Virus record (IMG/VR): IMGVR_UViG_3300030085_002431
Location: 1 to 64,000 of that record
Direction: 5' to 3' (one strand)
DNA: 64,000 bases
In this document: piece after piece, positions 19,201 through 29,300 of the stretch
Layout: every line of letters begins with the position of its first letter
Numbering within the stretch: the stretch's first letter is position 1
Translations under genes and position numbers: made by a program
Notes under the pieces: model-generated
What the model was told of the DNA's origin: nothing
Databases searched by the model: none
Seen by the model: the letters and a program-made list of their open reading frames with translations, nothing else

Positions 19201-21776
19201 TCACAGAGTTTTTAGTTGAAGTTGAAGAAATTTTGACTGACAAGTTTAGTGGTTTTTATCCAGGACAATTTATTCAATTTGATGATATTAGTAGATTCTT
19301 CAATGGTTCTAAGAGGAAGTTTACTTTAACTGTTACTCAAGCAGGAGAAACTGAGATTTTGAGTCTTAAAATAGACCCAACTAGTGATTTGGACCTTGCA
19401 CAGAACATGTTTGTTTATATTAATGATATTCTGCAAGCACCAAATGATGCATATGATTTTGATGGTTCAAGGATTGTATTTACTGAAGCACCTGTACCTA
19501 ATTCTAAATGTACAATATTGTACTATAGAGGTTCAGATTTAGATGTTGAGCAAGTAGACCCACCAAGAACCATTAAAGAAGGTGATTCAGTGCAAATTGC
19601 TGACAATGCTTTTGATGTTAAAGATAGACCACAATTCCCCCGTGTGGTGAAAAGAATTGTATCAGCAAATTCACTTGATACATTTACATATGATAGTATC
19701 GGAATTAACACGGACCCTGATGCAGAACGTCCTGTAAACTGGTATAAGCAGACTGAAGATAAGATTATAAATGGAGTTCTTTATTCCAAAGCTAGACCTG
19801 ATTTAAAATCTCGTGTAGAACCAACAGCAAAGTTAATTAAACCATTAACTGCTGGAGCACAAGAAATATACGTTGATAATGCATATCCATTATTTGTTGA
19901 TGTTGATCAGTTATCAGAAGATATCAATAATGTAAAGGTGGTTGATACTGGTGATGTTAGACCTGCAATTAGTTCTGCAACTGTTTCTGCAGCATCGACA
20001 GTATCTGGAATTTCTATTATTGATGGTGGACAGGGATTCTACAGAACTGCAAATCCAGTTGTTGCAATTTCATCAGCAATTATAAGTAAAAAAGACCCAA
20101 TTTATGGTTGGGTTGGAATTTCAACTAACTCTGGCATATCAACAACTAATACATTTAATGATATTGTTATTGGAGAACCAATAGTTGCAGTTGGTTCTAG
20201 TGGTGTTCTTGGAATTTCTACTAATGGATTTGAATGGGCAGAAGAATATATTGGATATGGAAATACAATCAATTTTAATTCCGTTGCAGTTGCAGCAACA
20301 TCAACATTCTTTGTTGCAGGTAATAATAAGAAACTAGTTGTAAATACTGGTATTAATACTGGATTTACTAGTGCTTGGACAGAACTTAGATTACTTAAGG
20401 AAACTCCTGTCATTGGTTTACCAGACCCTGTTATTTCATTCAGCACATATAATGGAAACTTCTTTAGTGTTGTTCACTCAGAATTCCACAATTCCACAGT
20501 TGTAGTTGGAGATTCTAATGGAATCTTTAGTGGTGTAGGTATTGGTACTACTTCATTCTTTGAAAGAACACCCCCAACTTTTGCCAATTACAGTGCTGTT
20601 GCAACAAATGGTCAAACATTTGTTGGGGTTGGTGACAATGCTACCATCATATACTCTACTGATGGTGGATTTATCTGGGCAGTCATCCCACCAATACCAT
20701 CAACAAGAGATTTTAACGATGTAATTTGGGCAGAAGATAAGTTCATTGCTGTAGGTGATAATGGAACTATTTTTACATCAACTTCTGGGTTCACAAATTG
20801 GAATAGAGTTATTCCAAATATAACTGACCACCTTATTAAAATTAAGTATGAATATGGTGTTTATGTTGCAATTAATCAGAGTGGTGAAATTTTATTCTCA
20901 CTAGACCTTGAATATTGGACTATTAGAGAAACAAATCAAACCGAAACAGTAAGTGATGTTGCATTTATTCCTGTTCCCGAACCTGCATACTCTAGACCCG
21001 CATCAGTGCAGGTTGTAAATGAAGACGGTAGATTTATTCTTGTTGGTGCTGCAGGGACAATTATGTATGCTGATCCTGTATACAACAGAGCAACAGCAGT
21101 TGCAACATTGACTAATGATGCTATTACAAGTGTAGATATTGTCAATCCAGGATTTGGATATTTAACACCACCACCTGTAATGATTGAGTCTGGATCACCT
21201 CTACAAGAAGAGATATTCTCAATCAAGGCAGAAGGTGATTTTGGTGAGATTGTTCATGTTGGAATAGGAAATACATTCATTGACTTCAAACTTAAGTCCG
21301 AAGAATATGATAATGCTACCTTGGGTATTGGATATTCATCATTAAACACTTTTGGAATTACAAATTCTCAAATTTCAGAAGGTGATTACTTTATAATTAC
21401 CAATAGTAATAGCACTATTGGTTCTGCATTGACAGGAATAACAACTAGTTCTGGTGGTTTAAATAACTATGCAGAATCTGTTGTTGGAACTGCATACACA
21501 ACATTGGATGGTGTGTATAGAGCAGAAAGAGTCAGTGCTCCTCATGCAGGAATTGTAACTGTAAGGTGTATGTTTGCTCTACAGAATGGTGGTGCAATTC
21601 AAGTTAACACAAGTAACAATACCGATGGAATACATGGAAAATATTCATGGGGTAAGATTTTTGGTTATCAAAACCGAGCAATATTCTCACCAAAACATTT
21701 CAATGTCAACACTATGAATGGTCTTACTGGTATTTCTACATCATCTGATGTATTCAGAACCAGAGGTCTAAAGTAA
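16299..21776 (+). CDS. large virion structural protein (baseplate-associated) with a BNR/Ycf48-like propeller region
   Basis: Lies between the gp7 block and gp8. GxGY beta-repeats as in gp7; repeated VAVGxxGxI and STDGGFIW units at about 20100-21100. Confidence 0.75.
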   Translation: MRTVPGSGAQFTPIFNSDYGVESFTIGAGGTGYDSNDPPKIEVQDTNPPVTEGVFFPIIRSGEIVRIAVLESGFGYSPLTVNEGTKVGIATTSFVESSLLVRTGVGSEVSVSVAGTESHIIMDVQGSDGTSILENGYNKTITQTGYAGTSAPVVPDGSGNQNAFYGFTHPFEAYKTSGIGTGAKFNVFIVYASLGDGSAISTSIVLREGGRNYAVGDTVSIAGTYMGGQTPLNDLSFTVNTVANTRIPAEANAVYSNLEATTEVGSGTSARFEVARDGLGDISRIDVEYGGVGYALTSLLKIEGTQVGGLSPADDIFLSPRELGADTLPSKVYVQKLDDNNFTVSGLSTSARLDITSVGTGVHSFEYPDSDESTIISIDNIVQNSLYRRDLNVGLAQTVGFTDDKIYLTGVSSITVADTIQIGTEYFKINTMGIGATNEIGVTRGYLGTKTNYHPVGTAITIHRGDYNVVKDQIHFTTAPYGPTGPEGLKINSSFSGRAFSRRFDPGTPNDKNVIFDDLSTQFVGSSSTEFFLRSNEQPVVGVYTNTNTVLASGVDVNNHPLIFINNIPQISGTDFTVDSASGENRLRFLTGSPSAGKIVRTGITSGIGYAPLIGAGATVSIAGGQVTGITLRGFGSGYRQPPLITLDSSTGTGAAFTCTVGAGGTLTGISVLSPGSGYPENRYANISTSTYTPSTGLLSITSPNHGVETGDSVKIADNSIIFTCTSDGNSSQVTYPRSTDPASNKWLPATKVDDDTIEVNVGSSNFVYFTPTGANYDPATGVMELTIGSHSLAANTKIKLANNSLTFTCDKDGNTTQHQYPRSTDPYYDTSIVIDSVTATTITINVGAAAPSDQYAHTFVSALPFSVISGGNYPHTFVNALPNALVIEVETVDVNIGIPSNYFKVPLVYSDGSTGNGEGASADIVVGNSGDIISFQMYDPGEFYAVGDILTPDTSSNGLVTSTSGTFTEFLVEVEEILTDKFSGFYPGQFIQFDDISRFFNGSKRKFTLTVTQAGETEILSLKIDPTSDLDLAQNMFVYINDILQAPNDAYDFDGSRIVFTEAPVPNSKCTILYYRGSDLDVEQVDPPRTIKEGDSVQIADNAFDVKDRPQFPRVVKRIVSANSLDTFTYDSIGINTDPDAERPVNWYKQTEDKIINGVLYSKARPDLKSRVEPTAKLIKPLTAGAQEIYVDNAYPLFVDVDQLSEDINNVKVVDTGDVRPAISSATVSAASTVSGISIIDGGQGFYRTANPVVAISSAIISKKDPIYGWVGISTNSGISTTNTFNDIVIGEPIVAVGSSGVLGISTNGFEWAEEYIGYGNTINFNSVAVAATSTFFVAGNNKKLVVNTGINTGFTSAWTELRLLKETPVIGLPDPVISFSTYNGNFFSVVHSEFHNSTVVVGDSNGIFSGVGIGTTSFFERTPPTFANYSAVATNGQTFVGVGDNATIIYSTDGGFIWAVIPPIPSTRDFNDVIWAEDKFIAVGDNGTIFTSTSGFTNWNRVIPNITDHLIKIKYEYGVYVAINQSGEILFSLDLEYWTIRETNQTETVSDVAFIPVPEPAYSRPASVQVVNEDGRFILVGAAGTIMYADPVYNRATAVATLTNDAITSVDIVNPGFGYLTPPPVMIESGSPLQEEIFSIKAEGDFGEIVHVGIGNTFIDFKLKSEEYDNATLGIGYSSLNTFGITNSQISEGDYFIITNSNSTIGSALTGITTSSGGLNNYAESVVGTAYTTLDGVYRAERVSAPHAGIVTVRCMFALQNGGAIQVNTSNNTDGIHGKYSWGKIFGYQNRAIFSPKHFNVNTMNGLTGISTSSDVFRTRGLK

Positions 21777-21791
21777 CTATAACATTTATCC

Positions 21792-21799
21792 ACTAAATA
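21792..21799 (+). promoter_or_regulatory. T4-type late promoter (ACTAAATA)
   Basis: Intergenic, 21 nt upstream of gp8 ATG 21821. Confidence 0.75.
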
Positions 21800-21820
21800 A
21801 AAGAAAAGTATCCAAGTAAA

Positions 21821-23386
21821 ATGCCTGCTATAATTACTGAGCAATTCAGAGTGATGAATGCCGAAACTTTTGTAAACAGTTTAGTTTCGGTGGGTAACAC
21901 TGCTAACATTTATTATACTTTTATTGGTCAACCAAATAGCTTGGATTCTCAAGCTGGTGGTTCTCCCAATTGGGGAACAGGACCTTCACCGTTAGACGGA
22001 TTTGAAGAGGAAAATGCTATAAAAGAAACTATTCTTGCAATGAAGAAGGTGACAAAGCAAGATGTTAGAAGAATGGTTCGTAAGGTAAGCTGGGTTTCTG
22101 GTTCTACCTATGAAATGTATCGTCATGACTACAACATCTATAGTCAGACTCCAGTAACAAATCAACCAAATCTTTATTCCTCAAATTTTTATGTCATTAA
22201 TGAGGATTTCCGAGTTTATGCTTGTTTGCAAAATGGTACTGACCCAGAGAATCCTAAGGGTAGACCATCTTTTGATCAACCAAGTTTTGTAGACTTAGAA
22301 CCAAGACCAGCAGGAACGAGTGGTGATGGTTATATTTGGAAGTACTTATTTACAGTAAAACCATCAGAGATTGTAAAATTTGACTCTATTGAATTTATTC
22401 CTGTTCCTGAAGATTGGGGAACGACAGGAGAATCCATCTCTACAAAAAATAATGCTGTAGATGGTAAGGTAGAAATTATTACTATTACCAGTAGAGGTAT
22501 TGGATATCAACCAATTTCAAAATCATTCACCAATATTCCTATTTTAGGTGATGGTGAGGGAGGAAAAGCAACCATTACTGTTGATTCTTTTGGTAAAGTT
22601 TCTGAAGTATTTGTTACTGATGGTGGTAAAGGATATACCAAAGGAATTATTGAATTCCAACCAGGTGCTCCTGGAATTCCATCTGAGCTATCAAACTCTG
22701 GTTCACTAGCAACGTTTGATGTAATTATTCCACCAAAAGGTGGTCATGGATATGATATTTACAGAGAACTTGGTGCATATAGGGTTCTAGTTTATTCTCG
22801 TTATCAAACAGATGAGTCAAATCCAGATATTATCTTAGGTAATGATTTTGCTAGAGTTGGAATTATAAAGAATCCAATGATTCTTGGTAGTGATACAGAG
22901 AAACTCACCACTGGTGAAGTAAGTGCTCTAAATTCTTTAAGATTGACAGGAGTTACCACACAAACAACTTACCCAGTAGATTCTATTATTACTCAAACTA
23001 CTGGTTTGGGTGTAACTGCTATTGGTTATGTTGCTTCTTGGGATGATGTTACTGGTGTATTGAAGTATTATCAACCAGTAGGATTAGCAACAGCTGGTGT
23101 AAATTATAAAATCAATAAGTTTACATCCACACCCTCTGGTGGTGGTTCTTTCAGTATAAATTGCCCTAAGATTGTAGGTCCAGCACTCAGCATAGATACT
23201 GACTTTACGGGTATTAGCACTGTAATAAATAATAGGACATATCAGTTGGGCAGCAACTTTGTGGCTGGAATTTCGTCAGCAGAGTATAACAAAAAATCTG
23301 GTGAAATAATCTATATCGATAATAGAAAAGCAATTCCAAGGTCCACAAGCCAAAAAGAAGATATTAAAATCGTACTGGAGTTCTAA
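21821..23386 (+). CDS. gp8: baseplate wedge subunit, T4 gp8-like
   Basis: MPAIITEQFRVMNAETFV, VRKVSWVSGSTYEMYRHDY, GDGYIWKYLFTVKP, SGEIIYIDNRKAIPRSTSQKEDIKIVLEF. Confidence 0.93.
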   Translation: MPAIITEQFRVMNAETFVNSLVSVGNTANIYYTFIGQPNSLDSQAGGSPNWGTGPSPLDGFEEENAIKETILAMKKVTKQDVRRMVRKVSWVSGSTYEMYRHDYNIYSQTPVTNQPNLYSSNFYVINEDFRVYACLQNGTDPENPKGRPSFDQPSFVDLEPRPAGTSGDGYIWKYLFTVKPSEIVKFDSIEFIPVPEDWGTTGESISTKNNAVDGKVEIITITSRGIGYQPISKSFTNIPILGDGEGGKATITVDSFGKVSEVFVTDGGKGYTKGIIEFQPGAPGIPSELSNSGSLATFDVIIPPKGGHGYDIYRELGAYRVLVYSRYQTDESNPDIILGNDFARVGIIKNPMILGSDTEKLTTGEVSALNSLRLTGVTTQTTYPVDSIITQTTGLGVTAIGYVASWDDVTGVLKYYQPVGLATAGVNYKINKFTSTPSGGGSFSINCPKIVGPALSIDTDFTGISTVINNRTYQLGSNFVAGISSAEYNKKSGEIIYIDNRKAIPRSTSQKEDIKIVLEF

Positions 23387-23392
23387 AGTCAA

Positions 23393-26300
23393 ATGCCACA
23401 AAATACTAATTTAAATGTATCTCCATACTTTGATGATTTTGATGCAGACAAAAATTATCAAAGGGTATTATTCAAACCAGCAACTCCTTTACAGGCAAGA
23501 GAATTAACGACTTTACAGTCTATTCTACAAAATCAAATTGAGAAATTTGGACAGCACTTTTTCAAAGAGGGTTCTGTTGTAATACCTGGACAGGTTTCTT
23601 ATGACTCACAATATACTTCTGTTCAAATTGATGAGTCTCACTTAGGTGTTCCAATATCACTTTATATTGAAAACTTAGTTGGAAAAACGATTAGAGGAGA
23701 AAATAGTGGTGTTACTGCAAAAGTAGAAAATTTTATCACTAAAACACAATCAGATAGAGACAATTTTACATTATATCTCAAATATCAGAGTTCAAGTGAA
23801 AATGACTTCTCTACAAATACATTTGTAGATGGTGAAAATCTGGTAGCAGAAGAGGATATTTTTTATGGGATATCCGCAATTAGAGAAGGTTCCACTTTTG
23901 CTACTACAATTATCCAAAATTCTACTTCAGTAGGATCTGCTGCAAAAATTGCTGCTGGAGTATATTTTATTAGGGGATTTTTTGTAGAGGTAACTCCACA
24001 AACTGTAATTTTAGACCAATACGATAACACACCATCTTATAGAGTTGGATTGCTAATCAATGAAGAGTTAGCAGTTGCATCTAACTCTTATAATGATTTA
24101 TTTGATAATGCACAGGGTTTTTCTAACTTTTCAGCACCTGGTGCAGATAGACTAAAATTTGGCCTTACTCTAATCAAAAAAGAGATAGACGATTTTAATG
24201 ACGAAAACTTTGTTGAACTCATAAGAATTGAAGAAGGAGTTTTACAAGAGTTTGTAAAAGATAGTTTCTATAACTTAATCAGAGATGAATTAGCAAGAAG
24301 AACTTATGATGAATCTGGTGATTATTATGTAAGACCATTCTCTCTTACTGTAAAAAACTCATTAAATGATAGAATTGGAAATGATGGTGTTTTCAATGAA
24401 ACTCAATCTACGAAATCTGGAAATACTCCAAGTGATGATTTAGGTTCATTATTAGTTTCTCCTGGTAAAGCAGTTGTTCGTGGTTATTCACTTGAAACTA
24501 TTGATACCACTATTGTTGATTTTGACAAGCCAAGAACCACAGCAAAAGCAGAAAATCAGGCAATTCCATTTAGTGTAGGAAGACAAATCTTTGTCAACAA
24601 TGTTAACGGTTCTGCACCAGTTGGATTTGGAACTACTTCACAAGTAAGTCTTTTTGATACTAGAACTGATTCAGCAGGAACATCCTCTGGTCAAAAAATT
24701 GGTGTTGCAAGATTATATGATCTAAAACTTAGAAATGCAGAGTATCAAGATGCATCAACTCAATTTGAAGCATCTTTGTATGATGTTCAAACATACACAG
24801 TCTTATTGCTGAATACATCCACTAATTTGGACAAATCAACTTATGTTGAAGGAAAATCTAGTGGTGCTAGTGGGTTTGTTGTTGAAGATGTAGTTGCTTC
24901 TAATCAAGTAAAACTTTATCAAGTATCAGGTACATTTAAAAAAGAGGAATCATTATCGTTTAATGGAATTGCTGATGGTAGAATAATTACAAATATTCGT
25001 GATTATTCATTATCAGATGTTCATCAAATTGTTGGTGACAACTACACTGCTGGTCTTGGAACATTTACTGCAGACCCAGTTTTATCACAATCGACTACTC
25101 TTACAGAACCTGGTGCTCAATTCACCATTAGTGCAGATACTTTAGGTGTCAGTACAGTAACAAGTTCAAGTCCAAATCCATTTGTTGGAATCAAGACTGG
25201 TGATATTGTTTCATATACAAAGCAGGGATTTACCATTCCTACTTTCAATAAAGTTACACAAGTAACAGCAAGTGCATTGCGAATTGGAGCAGTTAGTGAT
25301 TTATCCAATATTAATGATGGTGCTCTTCCCTCAGCTGCGATAACTTCTAGTGATTTTAAAAAGGTTTCTCTTGAAGTTTTGAATACTTCAAATGCCTTCT
25401 TATATGCTAAGTTAAACAATAAAAATGTTGAGAGTTTAGATTTAAGCACTTCTTCTATAATTGTTAGAAAATCATATAAGATTACAGTATCAGCAAATGC
25501 ATATTCTGCTACTTTAGAATCTGATATTGATTTAACATTAGAACCATTTGATGAAGAAGATTACACCCTTGCATTTACTGGTGGAACTGTAGAGTCATTA
25601 AACAACCAAAAAGTTGCAGTTTCTGGAAGAACAATTTCTCTTGCTGGTTTAAGTGGCAATGGTGATGCTATTTTAACAGTAACATATAAGAAGGTAAACA
25701 CTACAGAAAAAGCAAAAATTTATAACAGATGTGAAAGTTTGGTTATTGCTGGTTCAAACCAAACTTCATCTGGTATTGGAAGAACTACACTAAATGATGG
25801 TCTTCAAATCAACAATTACTATGGTTTGAGAGTACAGGATAAAATTATCTCACTGAATATTCCAGATGTAGTTGATGTTCTTGGAATTTATGAATCGGGA
25901 ACTACAAGTGATCCAGTTCTCCCAAGAATTCACTTTAGTGCATTAAATTCAAGCATTGGAAATCTAATTAAAGGTGAGAAAATAATTGGTTCTAATACTG
26001 GAGCAGTTGCAGCATTTGTGTCTTCTGATGGTATAAACAGTGTTGAAATTGTTTATCTGAACGAGAATAGATTTGCACTAAATGAAGAAGTAACTTTCCA
26101 GGAAACTAATATTGTCGGAACAATTAATGCCGTTGATGTTGGTGATAAAAATATCAAAGATAACTTTATTTTAGATAATGGGCAAAGACCAGAAATTTAC
26201 GATTATTCTAGATTAATTAGAAAATCTCAAGTATCTTCACCAACTAAGAAGATTAGAGTAATTTATAACTGCTATAGTATTTCTTCTTCATCTGAAGGTG

Positions 26301-29300
26301 ATTTTGTATCTGTAGATTCTTATGGAAGAGACAGATACGGAAATGACATCTCAACAATCAATGGTGTTAGAAACTCCGACATGATTGATTTGAGACCAAG
26401 AGTAACGTCTTTTAATCCAGACGCAGCAGATAAATCCCCATTTGAATTTAATGCAAGATTGTTTGCATTAAATGCCAACTCTTCAAATTCTATCGTAGCA
26501 AAAGATAGAACAATTAATTTATCATATAACTACTATCTACCTAGAATTGATAAATTATTCCTCACTAAAGAGGGAACATTTAGTCTCAATTCAGGTATAC
26601 CATCACTATCACCAAAAGCACCTAACAAGTTAGATTCTGCTCTTGAAGTTGCAACGATATATTATCCAGCATATCTTTACAATGTTAAAGATGTAAGAGT
26701 ATCACTATCTACACATAAGAGATATACCATGAAGGATATCTCTAGAATTGAAGATAGATTATCTAATGTTGAATTCTACAGTTCTCTATCATTGTTAGAG
26801 ACAGATACGAAAAATCTTACTATTAGAGACCCTAAAACTGGCCTTGATAAATTTAAGTCAGGTTTCTTTGTTGATAACTTTAAGTCATATGATGGTGGTG
26901 ATTTGTCAAACCCAGTCTACAGGGCATCTGTAGATACTGCTTATGGTTATCTGAGACCACAACACTATACAACTGCTGTTGACTTGGTTGTTGGTTCTGA
27001 GGCAATTATTGGTATTGGCACTACGTCAAATCCAGATGTTGATTTGCGATTTGCAACAGACTTAGGAAATAGCAACGTCAAGAGAATTAATGATGTTGTT
27101 ATGCTTGACTATACCGATAAGGTGTTTATTGAAAATAAGTTTGCAACTAGAGTAGAAAATGTCAACCCATTCAACACACCAAGTTGGATTGGTAGTATTG
27201 AACTCAATCCATCTACAGATACTTGGGTAGAAACAAGAAGAACTCAAAGAACTGATGATGTTGAAGGTAATTTTGAAGCAACAATGACTCAATTGGGTGT
27301 TGATTCTAATACTGGACTATCACCAGTTAATTGGAATGCATGGGAAACAAATTGGGTCGGTGTTAGTAATGTTGAGGGTCCAGTTCTCACCCAAATTCAA
27401 AATGGTTCTAGAATTGTTGATACTAGCACTACTACTGACTGGTGGAGTAGAACAACAACTACTACCTGGGAAGATTCATTTACTCAATTTAGAAACGATA
27501 CTTTTACAACTACAACTGAACAATCCAGACAAGGAATTCAATTTGGTGTAAGTGAAAGATTTGATACTGTAAACCTTGGTGACAGACTAGTTTCTAGAGT
27601 ACTCATTACTTTGATGAGATCCAGAAATGTTGAAGCAGTTGCAAGAAGACTGAAACCAGTTACAAGATTCTTTGGATTCTTTGATAATACGGATGTAACT
27701 TCACTCATGGTTCCTAAACTTCTAGAAGTTAGGATGACCAGTGGCACATTTGAAGAAGGAGAGACTGTAACTGGTATTATTCCAGCATCAGGTGCAAATA
27801 GATCAATTACTTTCCGTCTTGCCCAACAAAATCATAAGTATGGTCCATATAATAATCCTACTGAAACATATAAAGAAAATCCATACAATACAAACAGCAC
27901 ATTATCAAATTCATACTCATCGACCTCTTCTGTCTTAAACGTTGACACTGCAAGTTTAGAAAACCAAGCAGACTCTAGATTCTTTGGTTCAGTTGCAAAG
28001 GGTATGCAACTTGTTGGTGCAAATAGTAATGCTGTTGCAGTAGTTTCTGACCTTAGACTTATTTCAGATTCTGCAGGAACTCTTATTTCTTCACTATTCA
28101 TTCCAGACCCAACTGTTCCATCAAATCCAACATTTGAGACTGGAACAAAGACTCTTGTTCTCACAACTAGTAGCACAAATAGTCAGATTGCTGGAATTTC
28201 TGACAGTATGGCAGAGGCAAACTTCACTTCGAGTGGAAATATTGATAATATTGAAAATACTACTCTTAGAATTAGAAATGCCGAAGTTGAGAGAAATATC
28301 AGAAATGATAATAGAACTCTAACAGAAACAGAGGATAGATTAGTTGCCAATACGATAACAACTAATAGATTAGAAACATCCAGAGTAAGAATTAGATGGT
28401 CCGATCCTCTTGCACAGACTTTCCAAGTTCTTGATAATAATGGAATATTCGTTACCAAGTGTGATGTTTACTTCCAATCCAAAGACCCTGGAAATGTTCC
28501 AGTTACATTGGAAATAAGAACATCAAAACTGGGACAACCTACACAAGAAATTCTACCATTTGCTGAAGTTAGCTTAGAATCATCTGAGGTTTCAATTTCT
28601 GATGATGCTTCCGTAGCAACAACATTTACTTTCCCCGCACCAGTATTCTTAGAAGGTGGTAATGATTATGCTATAGTCTTGCTTACAAACTCAAATGAAT
28701 ATAATGTCTGGATTTCCAGAATGACTGAGGTTGATATCTCGACAAGTAATAAACCAGAAGCAGAAAAAATTATTGTTTCCCAGCAACCATCTCTTGGTTC
28801 ACTATTTAAATCCCAAAATGGTGCTATATGGGAACCATCTCAACTTGAAGACCTTAAGTTTAATCTGTATAGAGCAGAATTTACTTCACAAACTGGAAGT
28901 TTCCGTTTCTATAATCCAAATCTGGGTGTTGGAAACAGACAAATTGCTTCATTAAGGGCAAATCCAATTGTTTCTTATGCAAAGGAAGTCTTAGTTGGCA
29001 TGTCTGGAACACTAACATCGACAGATGTTACTAATCTCATTCCAGGCACTTCAGTTTTCCAACAAAATTATCCAAACTTCTCAGGAAAACTTAAGAGTAT
29101 TGTTGGTACAGTTGGTATTGGTAGTGAACTATCAATTACCAATGCTGGAGTAGGATATACAGGAGATGCAACTTACACTAATGCACCATTGAAGACTATC
29201 AATGGTAATGGATTTGGTGGTAAAGTTAACCTTACTATTCAGGGTGGTGTTGCAGTAGCAGCAACAGTATCTATTGGTGGTACTGGTTATGCTATGGGAG